A stretch of 32,000 nucleotides of DNA, taken from positions 30,001-62,000 of the forward strand of contig ACYB01000020.1 of NCBI GenBank assembly GCA_000175855.1. The letters run 5' to 3'. Below the pieces are notes generated by a model. That model made no database searches, was not told where the DNA came from, and saw only the letters and a list, made by a program, of their open reading frames with translations. Below, piece after piece: positions 1 to 9,885 of the stretch. Positions within the stretch are counted from its first letter, which is position 1. Every line of letters begins with the position of its first letter. Position numbers and translations under genes: made by a program. The stretch comes from Raphidiopsis brookii D9. GTDB taxonomy: Bacteria > Cyanobacteriota > Cyanobacteriia > Cyanobacteriales > Nostocaceae.

Positions 1-425
1 ATTTCTAAGTAAATTGGCATCTCATTTCCTGTTAGGTAAAAGTCCACTCGGCTTCTTTTCTCTTTTCCATAGACCACCTCTCCTTTAATTTGCTTGTACT
101 CTCCTAGTTGTGGAAAGAGCTGTTTTTCTAAAGCTAGTTTGATTATGTTATTGGGTAAGTTGGTGTTTACACCAACCCATGTTGGTCCTGAATTATCCAC
201 TTGAATCAATTCCAAGGTATAGGCTAATTTGCGCTGGGGATTATCAGTTTTGGACAACTGCACAGCACTGCCAATTTGAGAAACTCCAGTCATGGGTCCG
301 GTGTTGGCGCAGTGCGCTGTGACTATTTCTCCAGATTCTAGTTCCACATCCACAAAAAATCGCTTGTACCTTTTTAGTAATTTTCCACAATATAATTGGT
401 TGTATTGATAAAGATAATTGTTCAT
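1..425 (-). CDS. sfsA: Sugar fermentation stimulation protein SfsA, N-terminal ~141 aa; the 3' end runs off the window
   Basis: Absent from the ORF track because it is open at the window edge. The reverse complement from the ATG at 423-425 reads MNNYLYQYNQLYCGKLLKRYKRFFVDVELESGEIVTAHCANTGPMTGVSQ...IKGEVVYGKEKRSRVDFYLTGNEMPIYLE. This is collinear with E. coli SfsA motifs (RYKRFLADV, HCPNTGAMTG, YG.ERSRIDF). Confidence 0.85.
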   Translation of the reverse strand, partial: MNNYLYQYNQLYCGKLLKRYKRFFVDVELESGEIVTAHCANTGPMTGVSQIGSAVQLSKTDNPQRKLAYTLELIQVDNSGPTWVGVNTNLPNNIIKLALEKQLFPQLGEYKQIKGEVVYGKEKRSRVDFYLTGNEMPIYLE

Positions 426-464
426 TGCAATATGTAGTTTATAAGTTCTGATGTTTTTGCGATG

Positions 465-2549
465 TTAGGGGGAAATCTCCCAAATATTAATCTTATTATC
501 TTTTGTTCCACCCACCAAAGTTTTACCATCAGCACTTAAAACTAAGGATGTAACAATTTTAGTGGTTACCGGTAGGGCATAAATTTCTTCCTTTTTACTT
601 ACATCCCATAATTTAATCATAGAAGAAATTTTATCAGAACAATCTAGGCAACTTTTGGCTCCACTAATCAGGGTTTTACCATCGGGACTGAAGATCACAG
701 ATGTAACATTTTGTTTTTTACTGGCAAAAATCATCTCCTTATTCTTAATATCCCAAAACTTAATTTGGCGATCGCGACTGGTACTGACAAGTTTACTACT
801 GTCCGGACTAAAAGTTAAAGATGTGACTGTTTGGGAAGTAGTATCTAATAGTGTGGTTGGTTTTTGCCCACTGGTTTGATTAATATTCCAGATTTTAATA
901 GTCTTATCAAAACTTCCACTTGCTAGGGTGAACCCATCGGGACTAAGAGCTAAGGACCTAACCCAATAATTATGGTCTAGGAGAGTTTTTAAAAACTTTC
1001 CTGTTAATAGACTCCAAACTTTAATGGTTTTATCATCTCCCGCACTAACTAGAGTTTTGCTATCTTGACTAATAGCTAGTGCTTGAACTGAGTCCTGATG
1101 ACCAACTAGATTAAAAGTAAGTTTTTTTGTTTGTAAATTCCAAACTTTAATGGTTTTATCATCTCCCGCACTGACTAGGTTGTTGCCATCTGGACTAATG
1201 GCAAGAGCGTTGATATTTTGTGTATGTCCTGGTAGGGATATAATTTGTTTGCCTGTTTTGCTATTCCATAATTTAATTTCTTTGTGACCTGCACTGACAA
1301 TAGTATTACCATCTGGAGTAATAGCCACCACTGCTAGGGATTTATCTACTTGTGTTATGGTTTTGAATAAACTAACTTTGTTAGCTCTAATAGAGGAATT
1401 TCTCCTAGATATTTGTCCATACTTGGGACTGGTAGAAGATTTATTACTTGGCATTAATAAAGGCTTAAATTGAGAAAAAATGGCCGTTTGTATTTGACCT
1501 AAGTTCCTATATCCCAATCCCCCCACAACGGAAATTGTTACCAAAGTCAAAAATATATTTGGCAAAATAGTATCTTTAGATTTTTTATGTTTACCATTTT
1601 TAGGGTATATACCAGATTTTTCTGAACCGTAAATATTCTTTTTACTAAGGTCTTTTATAACTTCATCAGCAGATTGATAGCGATTTTTCAGATCTAGTTG
1701 TAATAGCTTATCTAAAATAATAATTAGCTCAACACTCCTAGAATTTTCTAGGCAATCCTGCCAATTCTTGACCCAACCATAACCATTTTCTATCCACAAT
1801 TGAAAGGGAGATAGACCAGTTAATAGATGAAAGCAAGTAGCACCCAAGCTAAATAAATCACTAGCTGGATAGGCTTTGCCATCTCTAATTTGCTCTATGG
1901 CAGAATAACCATGAGATCCAATAGAAGTACCATATTTTTTTTGAACTGCAGCTGTTAATCGTTTGGCAGAACCAAAGTCAATTAATATTAATCTTCCATC
2001 CCTTTTACGTCGGATAATATTCTCCGGTTTGATATCTCTATGAATTACTCCCCGACTATGAATAAATTTAAGAATGGGCAACAAATCTAGTAACAAAGAT
2101 TGAATATCACTGTCTTTATAGTGCTTTCTTAATCGTAACTCTTGTAATAGGTTATTACCATCTATAAATTGCTGTACTAGGTATAAACAGTTATGTTGCT
2201 CAAAATAAGCCAATAAAGTGGGAATTTGTGGATGCTCTCCTAATTCTTGCAATCTCTTTGCTTCTTGACTAAATAACTCCATTGCTTTTTTTTGTGACCA
2301 AGTACCCTGAAACTTAGGTGCTAATTGTTTGACCACACAACTATCATTTAATTTATCTGTATCTTCTGCTAGATATGTTCTGCCAAATCCTCCTTCATCT
2401 GAAAGCACATGAATAATACGAAAACGATTTCTTAACAGTGGGACTAAAGGAGTATCACAACTTTGACAAAACTTGCTGCTATCGTGATTTTGAGGATTTT
2501 GACAATCGGGATTTAAACAACATATCATGAGGTTGAAATTAAATTTCAC
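465..2549 (-). CDS. Ser/Thr protein kinase with N-terminal 4-Cys zinc ribbon, one predicted TM helix and C-terminal WD40 repeats
   Basis: 694-aa ORF. N-terminus is CLNPDCQNPQN...FCQSCDTPL. Hanks kinase motifs are present: GGFGRTY, VVKQL, HRDIKPENI, IDFGSAK. A hydrophobic segment ILPNIFLTLVTISVVGGLGY follows. There are at least 6 WD40 units (GH...SPDG..L.S...DKTIKVW). The start may instead be M8 at 2528 (MICCLNPDC). Confidence 0.9.
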   Translation of the reverse strand: MKFNFNLMICCLNPDCQNPQNHDSSKFCQSCDTPLVPLLRNRFRIIHVLSDEGGFGRTYLAEDTDKLNDSCVVKQLAPKFQGTWSQKKAMELFSQEAKRLQELGEHPQIPTLLAYFEQHNCLYLVQQFIDGNNLLQELRLRKHYKDSDIQSLLLDLLPILKFIHSRGVIHRDIKPENIIRRKRDGRLILIDFGSAKRLTAAVQKKYGTSIGSHGYSAIEQIRDGKAYPASDLFSLGATCFHLLTGLSPFQLWIENGYGWVKNWQDCLENSRSVELIIILDKLLQLDLKNRYQSADEVIKDLSKKNIYGSEKSGIYPKNGKHKKSKDTILPNIFLTLVTISVVGGLGYRNLGQIQTAIFSQFKPLLMPSNKSSTSPKYGQISRRNSSIRANKVSLFKTITQVDKSLAVVAITPDGNTIVSAGHKEIKLWNSKTGKQIISLPGHTQNINALAISPDGNNLVSAGDDKTIKVWNLQTKKLTFNLVGHQDSVQALAISQDSKTLVSAGDDKTIKVWSLLTGKFLKTLLDHNYWVRSLALSPDGFTLASGSFDKTIKIWNINQTSGQKPTTLLDTTSQTVTSLTFSPDSSKLVSTSRDRQIKFWDIKNKEMIFASKKQNVTSVIFSPDGKTLISGAKSCLDCSDKISSMIKLWDVSKKEEIYALPVTTKIVTSLVLSADGKTLVGGTKDNKINIWEISP

Positions 2550-2690
2550 ACCATAAAGTAATTTCCATTTATGGTTGGGTTCAATCAGACTACTTCTTTC
2601 TGGTTATACAATATCATAAACCAAAAATCAGGTCAATCTGTTAACAAGTTGTTAAAGCTCTATAATGGTTCTGTAAATAGTTTTTTCAAT

Positions 2691-3200
2691 CTATCCTCTC
2701 CGTTTAAACCACTTATTAATCACTGCACTCATCACCGTATTTACAGTTTCTTTGATTTGGTGCTGACGATTCCACTTTTGAAAAGCAGCTTCATATTCTT
2801 CCCCTTGATTACGAAAGGTTTTCCAAACCTCAACTAGGATAACTAATCCCGAAAACATCAAAATATATAGAGACCAGGTTAAACTAGCACTGCCAATTAA
2901 ATTTGTCAGCACGAAAAAAGTGTTAATAATTATATAGTTCCTATACGGTTCTTTTAATTTATTTTGACGATAAGTATCAAAAGCCTTTCTCTGCTGTGTT
3001 TCGCTCTGTTGAGCTAACCACTCAGTTTTGGCTTGCAAAACAGATTCTGGTTCAATTTGTAGCTCCTTAGCAATCTCTAAAATCTGCTGATAGGAAAACT
3101 CTTGACTAAGATCTTTACTCTGACGGGCGATCGCCAGGTTTAAAATTTCCTGTACCTCTTCCTGGGTGTAAAAACGCAGTTTATTGGATTCTGATGTCAT
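2691..3200 (-). CDS. Hypothetical membrane protein, 2TM-domain-like
   Basis: The track ORF is 2691-3251. I prefer the ATG at 3200 (MTSESNKLRFYTQEEV...), which is preceded by AGGAAAG. It has a helical soluble N-terminus, then two adjacent hydrophobic helices (YIIINTFFVLTNLIGSASLTWSLYILMFSGLVILVEVW) and a basic tail. The family assignment is from memory only. Confidence 0.55.
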   Translation of the reverse strand: MTSESNKLRFYTQEEVQEILNLAIARQSKDLSQEFSYQQILEIAKELQIEPESVLQAKTEWLAQQSETQQRKAFDTYRQNKLKEPYRNYIIINTFFVLTNLIGSASLTWSLYILMFSGLVILVEVWKTFRNQGEEYEAAFQKWNRQHQIKETVNTVMSAVINKWFKRRG

Positions 3201-3277
3201 GTTTTCTTTCCTGATCATCATTTTAAAAGGTAGCAACGGTGGAATCCACACTCCACCAATTCCACATTAGCATTTTC

Positions 3278-4120
3278 CTACAGGAATCTGGGACGGTTAT
3301 GTTGGTTGAACAGCAGTTTCTCCCCCAAAACCTCCCAATTTTCCTCTTCGATCAATTTGATGAATAAATCCAGGTGGTCACGATATTGATGTAATGAATT
3401 GATGAGTGCTTGGCTATTATATTGTGCCATCATTACCCCCAGTTCGGGATTGCCACCACCTACCCGACTGGTATCCCGAAAACCAGAACTGGCAAGCTTT
3501 TGAGCCAGTTCTAAAATTTCTAAATCTGTTTCATTTAAACAAGCATCAATTAAAGCAGCACTAACCATCACTGGTAAATGAGATATCCAGCTTACAGCCC
3601 GATCATGTTGCTCCGGTGAACAGTAGTAAACATTAGATCCAAGCGATCGCACAATTTCTTCTAGTAGTGTTAAGTTGTTTTTGATTGGTTTGTCAACTGG
3701 AGTAATCACATAAGGACAATTCACAAACAAGTTAAACTGGGCAGCTTCTATGCCCGCACTAGTATTTCCGGCCATGGGGTGACCACCAATAAAATTCTCC
3801 CATAAGGGGGAAATAGAATGGACTATGGGTCCTTTCACAGAACCAACATCAGTAATAATAGTAGTCTTATGTAAATAGGGTAGTAACTCTTTTATCTGAG
3901 GTACAATTAATCCTATAGGAGTACAAACAAATATTAGTTCTGCACTTACCAATAAACTAAAATCAATACTAGCTTGGTCTACACTGCCAATTTCCATGGC
4001 TTTTTGACAGGTTGATTCTCGACGACTGACCCCCAAAACATAATGTCCTTGGGAGCGTAAGTCAAAACCCAAAGAACCACCAATCAATCCTAAACCCAGA
4101 ATACCAATTTTCATTTTCAT
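3278..4120 (-). CDS. tyrA: Prephenate/arogenate dehydrogenase (TyrA family)
   Basis: 280-aa ORF with an N-terminal Rossmann motif IGILGLGLIGGSLGFDL, plus GGHPMAG and the C-terminal dimerisation-domain pattern (HD...SHLPV...A). The start could be 4114 (MKIGILG). Confidence 0.85.
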   Translation of the reverse strand: MKMKIGILGLGLIGGSLGFDLRSQGHYVLGVSRRESTCQKAMEIGSVDQASIDFSLLVSAELIFVCTPIGLIVPQIKELLPYLHKTTIITDVGSVKGPIVHSISPLWENFIGGHPMAGNTSAGIEAAQFNLFVNCPYVITPVDKPIKNNLTLLEEIVRSLGSNVYYCSPEQHDRAVSWISHLPVMVSAALIDACLNETDLEILELAQKLASSGFRDTSRVGGGNPELGVMMAQYNSQALINSLHQYRDHLDLFIKLIEEENWEVLGEKLLFNQHNRPRFL

Positions 4121-4415
4121 CTTGAGAGATTAAATTGGGCCTATTCATCAGTTTGAATCCCCACATTAATCGTAGAATTAAACCTTATATTTATCCTTAA
4201 TAACATCAATTATGAAAAAGCTGATTAATTAACCAGAAAACTTTGTCAAAGAAAGTCTTATGGGTATGGCTAGGTCACACAGTGGTCTAATAAAAGTAAA
4301 CTTTGACCCGATTATTTAATGCTCAGGAGTGTATTGGAAGTGGTAGAGGGAGATGGAAATAATCTGCCAACCAATCTCTTGTGCTGAGTTGAATTTTGCC
4401 TACAGATACAGGAAC

Positions 4416-4443
4416 TTGACACAGAAAATATGTATGATATAGT
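4416..4443 (+). promoter_or_regulatory. Sigma70-type promoter for tRNA-Val (TTGACA-16 nt-TATAGT)
   Basis: TTGACA at 4416-4421, a 16-nt spacer, then TATAGT at 4438-4443. This ends 14 nt before the first tRNA base (4458). Confidence 0.6.
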
Positions 4444-4457
4444 AGAATTGGAGTTAA

Positions 4458-4531
<74 letters not shown>

Positions 4532-4542
4532 CTCCTCCCATT

Positions 4543-4911
4543 TCACACCTTGCGCATACCATGATTGAGCGGGTCAAAGCCCCTTGGTAGTTTAGTGTTC
4601 ATGTCATACATAGCACCGTTCAAGTTAGCACCATAGAACTTGGTGTAGTTCAGTTTAGCCCCTCTAAGATTGGCGTTAGAAAGATTCACCCCGCACAAGT
4701 TAGCTCTGGTTAAATTCGCATTGGCCAAATTGGCTTGGCTCAAGTTTGCTCCCCAAAGTTTGGCCCTAGCCAAATTAGCTCTACTTAAATCTGCCCCCCA
4801 CAAATTGATTCCGGGCAAATAGGCATCAATAAGTCTAACCCCAATCAAATCAGCAGATACAAAGTACCTCTCGCCTGTGGCATAAAGCCGTCTTACATCT
4901 TCTGCTTCCAT
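4543..4911 (-). CDS. Pentapeptide repeat protein
   Basis: 122-aa ORF dominated by A(D/N)LxG/A pentads (ADLSRANLARAKLWGANLSQANLANANLTRANLCGVNLSNANLRGAKL). Confidence 0.9.
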   Translation of the reverse strand: MEAEDVRRLYATGERYFVSADLIGVRLIDAYLPGINLWGADLSRANLARAKLWGANLSQANLANANLTRANLCGVNLSNANLRGAKLNYTKFYGANLNGAMYDMNTKLPRGFDPLNHGMRKV

Positions 4912-5001
4912 TTATTCACGCTTACCCAAGAAAGAGATTAAAAATAGGTTAACTTTCGCAGTAGTTTGAGTATATAGCTTTAGCCATAAGCAGTCAAAAA
5001 A

Positions 5002-5670
5002 ATGATTGAATATCAATGTATAAGCGACTTAAACATTTATGATTCTCCCGAATGTGTCCGATTAGCAACCCAAGCTGCTAGGGGAAGGAATTTAAGAATT
5101 CTGTGGGAAGGACAAATTCAAGATAATTGTGTTGAAGTTTATTTGTGTGAAGATCAGTACCCAGGATGGATTGATCCCAATGATTTGCACCTATTAAAAC
5201 TTGCTACAAAACCCTATCAACCACCTAATTTTACTGCTTTAGAAATTGAGAAACTTGTACCGGATGTAATTGAATTTACTCAAAAAGCCATGAGACAAAC
5301 CAACTATTATCTATGGGGTGGAACTGTGGGGCCCAATTATGATTGTTCCGGTTTAATACAGGCTGCTTTCTTATCTGTTGGTGTATGGATACCAAGGGAT
5401 GCTTATCAACAAGAAGCGTTTACTCAAATTATAGATATTAATCAGATACAGATAGGAGATTTAGTATTTTTTGGTACTCCCCAAAAAGCTACCCATGTGG
5501 GTTTATATTTAGGAAATGGATATTATATTCACAGCTCAGGAAAAGACCAGGGACGCAACGGAATTGGAATTGATCAATTATCACCAGATGGCGATCGCAT
5601 TAGTCAGTTATACTATAAACAACTGCGTGGATCTGGCAGAGTTGTGAGAAGTTATACTGGCAAGTATTAA
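5002..5670 (+). CDS. NlpC/P60 family cell-wall peptidase with N-terminal SH3b-like domain
   Basis: 222-aa ORF. Catalytic-core pattern YLWGGT...YDCSGLIQAAF...GDLVFFG...ATHVGLYLGNGYYIHSSG supplies the Cys and His of the papain-like fold. Confidence 0.85.
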   Translation: MIEYQCISDLNIYDSPECVRLATQAARGRNLRILWEGQIQDNCVEVYLCEDQYPGWIDPNDLHLLKLATKPYQPPNFTALEIEKLVPDVIEFTQKAMRQTNYYLWGGTVGPNYDCSGLIQAAFLSVGVWIPRDAYQQEAFTQIIDINQIQIGDLVFFGTPQKATHVGLYLGNGYYIHSSGKDQGRNGIGIDQLSPDGDRISQLYYKQLRGSGRVVRSYTGKY

Positions 5671-5724
5671 CTACATTAACCACCACTAATTCTAGCCCTA
5701 CTTATTTCTTACTTGGTAATACTT

Positions 5725-6735
5725 ATGACTAATTATCCCCTGCCAGCCACCAATGAAAAATTACCTAGTAGTCAATATAAAGCACTTGACGTTTCAGTGG
5801 TTTTGCCCATTAAAGATGAACTAGAAAGTTTGCCATTATTGTTAGAGGGAATTTGTCATGCTTTACAAGTGAATAAATTAAATTATGAAATTATCTGCGT
5901 AGATGATGGGTCTAAGGATGGTTCAGTAGAGTTTCTCAAGAACCAGGCTCAACTGCGCAATGATCTAAAAGTAATAATTTTGCGACGTAATTATGGGCAA
6001 ACAGCTGCTATGTCCGCTGGTTTTAATTATGCCACAGGTGAAACCATTGTTACCTTAGATGCGGATTTACAAAACGACCCCATGGATATTCCCGCACTAT
6101 TAGCTAAACTAGATGAGGGTTATGACCTAGTGACTGGTTGGCGGCAAAATCGCCAGGATGGAGCAATAAATCGCCTCGTACCCTCGAAAATTGCTAACTG
6201 GTTAATTCGTCGTGCTACTGGTGTTTATGTTCATGACTATGGTTGTTCTCTCAAGGCCTACCGTGCAGAATTAGTAGCAGATATGAACCTATATGGAGAA
6301 TTACATCGGTTTCTGCCTGCATTAGCATATATTGAAGGAGCAAGAATTGCAGAAATACCAGTACATCATTATGCAAGACGTTTTGGTAAAAGCAAATATG
6401 GTATACATCGGACTTTTCGGGTATTGATGGATTTAATAACTATTCTTTTTATGAAAAAGTTTCTCACTAGTCCGATGCACGTTTTTGGATTATTAGGTTT
6501 AATTTCAATGATTATTGGTGGCGGACTAAGTATTTACCTCACCATTCTCAAGTTGTTTTTTTATCTCAATATTGGTAGTCGCCCCCTACTAATTTTAGCG
6601 GTATTATTGCTGGTTACGGGAGTACAGTTGTTTTGTTTTGGACTATTAGCAGAAATGCTAATGCGTACCTATCATGAGTCCCAGGGGAGGCCAATATATC
6701 GGGTTAGGGAAGTTGTAGGTAAGATTCCCAACTAG
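5725..6735 (+). CDS. Family 2 glycosyltransferase, polyprenyl-phosphate sugar transferase type (GtrB/ArnC/DPM1-like) with two C-terminal TM helices
   Basis: The track ORF begins at TTG 5713; the ATG at 5725 (MTNYPL) is preferred. Motifs: VSVVLPIKDE, VDDGSKDGS, LDADLQNDP (DxD), then hydrophobic helices near the C-terminus. Confidence 0.85.
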   Translation: MTNYPLPATNEKLPSSQYKALDVSVVLPIKDELESLPLLLEGICHALQVNKLNYEIICVDDGSKDGSVEFLKNQAQLRNDLKVIILRRNYGQTAAMSAGFNYATGETIVTLDADLQNDPMDIPALLAKLDEGYDLVTGWRQNRQDGAINRLVPSKIANWLIRRATGVYVHDYGCSLKAYRAELVADMNLYGELHRFLPALAYIEGARIAEIPVHHYARRFGKSKYGIHRTFRVLMDLITILFMKKFLTSPMHVFGLLGLISMIIGGGLSIYLTILKLFFYLNIGSRPLLILAVLLLVTGVQLFCFGLLAEMLMRTYHESQGRPIYRVREVVGKIPN

Positions 6736-6799
6736 TAATGGTTAGTCTCCAGAAAAGTCCTCATCCAGAATTTCCTCTATTTGAAAGCGATCTAGGAAT

Positions 6800-9151
6800 T
6801 TATTTACCGTCAATCTTATCTACAGTGAGGTTTTGGATACGGGTGTCAAGCGCTGAACCAACATCAACAACTCCATAGGCGTTAGTGCTAAAGCGATCGC
6901 CAAGATACTCGGCTAAAACATCCTGTTCAGTACCAGGACGCGCAAAGGTAAATTTGCCCGGATCCAAACTTAAACCAGCATCCAATTTGCCATTACCATT
7001 AACATCAGCCGTTTCACCACGCAAATCAACTCGGTTAGCTAGGTTTGCATTTTGCTTGACAAAGCTAGGAAAAGGATAGTTCTCACCACCAAGGAAAGCA
7101 GTGGTACTAATACCGGCTAAAAATTTTAGTGTTACCATTCTGAAGCTGCGGTTGACATCTCCAACTAACACACCATCTTTCACAATGATGTCTACCAATG
7201 AACCATCTTCTTTGACCACTGCTAAATTACGAACCCGCTTACCCTGTCTAATGACTTCACCTGTCGTACTATTAAACTGAATCGATGTCTTAGTAGAATC
7301 AAAGCTGAAGTTTAACCCGGATATCTGGGGGAATTGTCCTGGGGTTGTACCTGGGGCAGTACCCGCTAATGCATGTTCAATTATGTGGTGTAGTTGTTGG
7401 GCGGTAACCGTAATTAGTGATAGGTCATTATTAAAACGGAGGGAGTTCTCGATGTCTAACTGAGACACATCACCCTCCTTTTTAGTTGGTGCTAAAGGGT
7501 TGGGCTGAGTTGGCAGCTTAACAACATCATCTTTGCTGATTGCTCCTGCACCCGTACCAATCGCACCGATATTGTCGCGGATACCACCGCCATTTTTCAG
7601 GGAGATAACCACGCTGGGATCTATCTGCTTGGCATACCAAAGATTGGCATCAGCGGTCAAGTTGCCAAGGTTGGTTTCTTGAGTGCGCACATCCTCACGA
7701 GTACCGTTGAGAAACACACTGGCCTTGCCCACAACTAAGTTGTCTTTACTAGCAAGAAGGTTTTTGATACTATCGGTTATGGCCACCACATTAGGATTGG
7801 CTACAGCACGAGGATCAACATCACTGCCATAGACTCGATCAACTCCTGCATCATCTGTAGAATAAGCTCCATTAATCGTGTTATTTAGTTTGTCAACCAG
7901 AATCACCCCATCCTTGTCAAATTCAGCCACTAAACGCCCGACGTACTTGTAATTAGCACCCGTATTGACTACCAAAATAGGCTTGCCATCTGCGCCTGTC
8001 TTGACAAGAGGGTAATCACCCTTGCTGCTGTCACCTGTTCTCAGCGCATCATTGGTATCAGACAGAATAGTATGGCTGCCCCCCGCGATGATAAGATCTA
8101 CATCTCTTAATCGCTTCGCCAATTCATCTCGCTCAATATTTAACTGCTGCATGTGAGCTAACAAGATGGTCTTGTTAATACCTTGTGCTTTTAGTATATC
8201 TACAGAAGTTTGAATTTCTGCAGCTAATGCGTCATAGTCAATGGGGGTAGCTGGTTTGACGATAGTGCTGCCACTTGAAGAGATATTTGCCAAAGTTGGT
8301 GTAGTTGCACCAACAATGCCAATTCTTTGATCGTCAGCGGTGCCAGTAATACCATCAATACCCGCAACATTGATGATGGTACTTTTAGCAATTTTGCCCT
8401 TAATAGAGCTAGCATCAGCGGTATTTTGGTTGGCGGCCAGGTCAGTTGCACTAAGGTTGCCCGCTGTAATTTCAGGACTAAAATCAAGGTTAGTACTCAA
8501 ATAGGGGAAGTTAGTGCCCGGGTTGCCACTTCCCAGTCTGAGGATATCACGCACTTGTCTGACACCCAGGTCAAACTCATGGTTGCCAAATGCGGAAGCT
8601 TGAATGCCAATCCCATTTAAAATGCCAATATCACCACGTCCAATCACTGGAGCAGTACTAGAGTCTAATCCACCCACATTATTCAACCTGGTATCGCTGG
8701 AAGCATTGAAAAATGGACCTGAGATGTAGTTATCGCCAGAGGAGAGAATCAGTGTGTTGGTTTTGTATTTAGGATCATCCTTGAGCTTATTGACAACAGC
8801 TGAGAAACCAATTGCATCGGTAAGAGCGGGAATGCCACCCTCAAAGTCGGAACCATGAAGAACTTGTAGGGTGAAGTTTCCTGTATTAGTTGCAGCTGAC
8901 ACTGATTTAAAAGCAGTACCATGGTTATGAAATTTATTATATTCAGTTTTCACATATTGCGAGAGGGTTGTATTGTTATGAATGACTCCCAGATCCTGGG
9001 ATCTTAGGGTAGCCAATTGACTGTCAATAATGGTGGTAAGGAAACCTTCTGGTCTCATTACTAATTGCAGTAGTAACAGTACTACTAGTTGGGTTAAAGA
9101 GGGTAACTGTAAACTCTTCATCTGATTCAACATTAGTATCTCCTGACACAT
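6800..9151 (-). CDS. Bifunctional metallophosphatase / 5'-nucleotidase family protein (UshA-like), large extracytoplasmic form
   Basis: 783-aa ORF. Calcineurin-like metallophosphatase motifs HGSDFEGG, SSGDNYISGP, GNHEFDLG and GGSHT are followed by a 5'-nucleotidase C-terminal domain pattern (NLGNLTADA...NGGGIRD). It has a hydrophobic N-terminus. The exact start is uncertain (MLNQMKSL or MKSLQL are also possible). Confidence 0.85.
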   Translation of the reverse strand: MCQEILMLNQMKSLQLPSLTQLVVLLLLQLVMRPEGFLTTIIDSQLATLRSQDLGVIHNNTTLSQYVKTEYNKFHNHGTAFKSVSAATNTGNFTLQVLHGSDFEGGIPALTDAIGFSAVVNKLKDDPKYKTNTLILSSGDNYISGPFFNASSDTRLNNVGGLDSSTAPVIGRGDIGILNGIGIQASAFGNHEFDLGVRQVRDILRLGSGNPGTNFPYLSTNLDFSPEITAGNLSATDLAANQNTADASSIKGKIAKSTIINVAGIDGITGTADDQRIGIVGATTPTLANISSSGSTIVKPATPIDYDALAAEIQTSVDILKAQGINKTILLAHMQQLNIERDELAKRLRDVDLIIAGGSHTILSDTNDALRTGDSSKGDYPLVKTGADGKPILVVNTGANYKYVGRLVAEFDKDGVILVDKLNNTINGAYSTDDAGVDRVYGSDVDPRAVANPNVVAITDSIKNLLASKDNLVVGKASVFLNGTREDVRTQETNLGNLTADANLWYAKQIDPSVVISLKNGGGIRDNIGAIGTGAGAISKDDVVKLPTQPNPLAPTKKEGDVSQLDIENSLRFNNDLSLITVTAQQLHHIIEHALAGTAPGTTPGQFPQISGLNFSFDSTKTSIQFNSTTGEVIRQGKRVRNLAVVKEDGSLVDIIVKDGVLVGDVNRSFRMVTLKFLAGISTTAFLGGENYPFPSFVKQNANLANRVDLRGETADVNGNGKLDAGLSLDPGKFTFARPGTEQDVLAEYLGDRFSTNAYGVVDVGSALDTRIQNLTVDKIDGK

Positions 9152-9239
9152 TTAACGTGATAATTTTATTTAAATATTTATATTTAAGTTATGATTGTAA
9201 ATTACCACACTTTGGCTTGAAAATCCAAAGTTAATCCTG

Positions 9240-9701
9240 TTACTTGCGGGGAGATAAAAACAGAACTGCCACAAAAGCAAATAGTGCAGCTAATCCTGGT
9301 GCAACAGTATATACAAAACCACTGACATAAAGGTTTTGAAACCAATTACTATAATCTGGGGTTCCACCACTGCCATCACTGCTGTCCCATACTAATCTAT
9401 AATGGGTAAAAAGGTAGGCAAACCCCAAAAATAATGGGGTTAATAGCCCCATTGTCGGGTTAAAAACACGCCAAACCTGAATATGTGTGGTTAACTGCAT
9501 TCGGGTCAGGAATATAGCAGCAACTATTAGGAGGGTACTACCCAGCAAACCACTTAAAATACCAAGCAGGAGTCCAAATAACAGAATAATACCCATTTTG
9601 AACTGATTCCTAATTTCACTTCCCAGGGGACCCTCCGATTTTAAACTATTACCGTACGACTTTGACTTTTGCCTTAGCCAAAAAAAGGTTTGAAAAGTCA
9701 T
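9240..9701 (-). CDS. Hypothetical integral membrane protein
   Basis: 153-aa ORF with about 4 hydrophobic segments (GIILLFGLLLGILSGLLGSTLLIVAAIFL, GLLTPLFLGFAYLF, GLAALFAFVAVLFL). I recognise no family. The true start may be the internal MGIILLF. Confidence 0.5.
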   Translation of the reverse strand: MTFQTFFWLRQKSKSYGNSLKSEGPLGSEIRNQFKMGIILLFGLLLGILSGLLGSTLLIVAAIFLTRMQLTTHIQVWRVFNPTMGLLTPLFLGFAYLFTHYRLVWDSSDGSGGTPDYSNWFQNLYVSGFVYTVAPGLAALFAFVAVLFLSPRK

Positions 9702-9885
9702 AAAACTGCGATTTTTTAATCTTTAACCTAATTATAACCATATCTTAAACTAACTCCCATCCTAATCTTGTATGTTCGTTGGTAGTTTCTTCTTAATAAA
9801 GTCTTTAAGTATCTTGAGCTATTACCCAGAAACCGTTGGATTTTCAGTTTTGGAATATTGGTATATTTGGAGGAGATATGGAAAC

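Noticed and set aside
655-879. 74-aa plus-strand ORF inside the kinase-WD40 gene
   Set aside because: It is antisense to a well-supported WD40-coding region, and its low-complexity Leu/Ser-rich translation is typical of a shadow frame.
2571-2837. 88-aa plus-strand ORF spanning the kinase/2TM intergenic region and the 3' end of the 2TM gene
   Set aside because: It has no motifs, overlaps a better-supported minus-strand gene, and its AT-rich shadow-frame composition argues against it.
465-4120. Kinase-WD40 plus neighbouring small membrane protein as a defence or signalling island
   Set aside because: No NTPase, nuclease, TIR, protease or other effector-type domain is nearby. The flanking genes (sfsA, tyrA) are housekeeping. 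Kinase-WD40 fusions are common in cyanobacterial core genomes.
8224-8620. Two ORFs (87 aa on the minus strand in an alternate frame, 97 aa on the plus strand) inside the 5'-nucleotidase gene
   Set aside because: Both are fully nested in a 783-aa ORF with clear metallophosphatase motifs, and neither has a feature of its own.
9210-9230. Hairpin CTTTGG-N9-CCAAAG after the 9240-9701 gene as a terminator
   Set aside because: The stem is only 6 bp, the loop is 9 nt, and no U-tract follows on the relevant strand. This is too weak to call.
9152-9239. Possible Pho boxes (tandem PyTTAAPyPy(T/A) repeats at 11-nt spacing) upstream of the 5'-nucleotidase gene
   Set aside because: The region is extremely AT-rich and contains several TTAA cores (CTTAAATA, ATATTTAA, CGTTAAAT). 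I could not align three properly spaced 8-mers to the consensus better than expected for such composition. A PhoB-regulon claim is not supportable from sequence alone.
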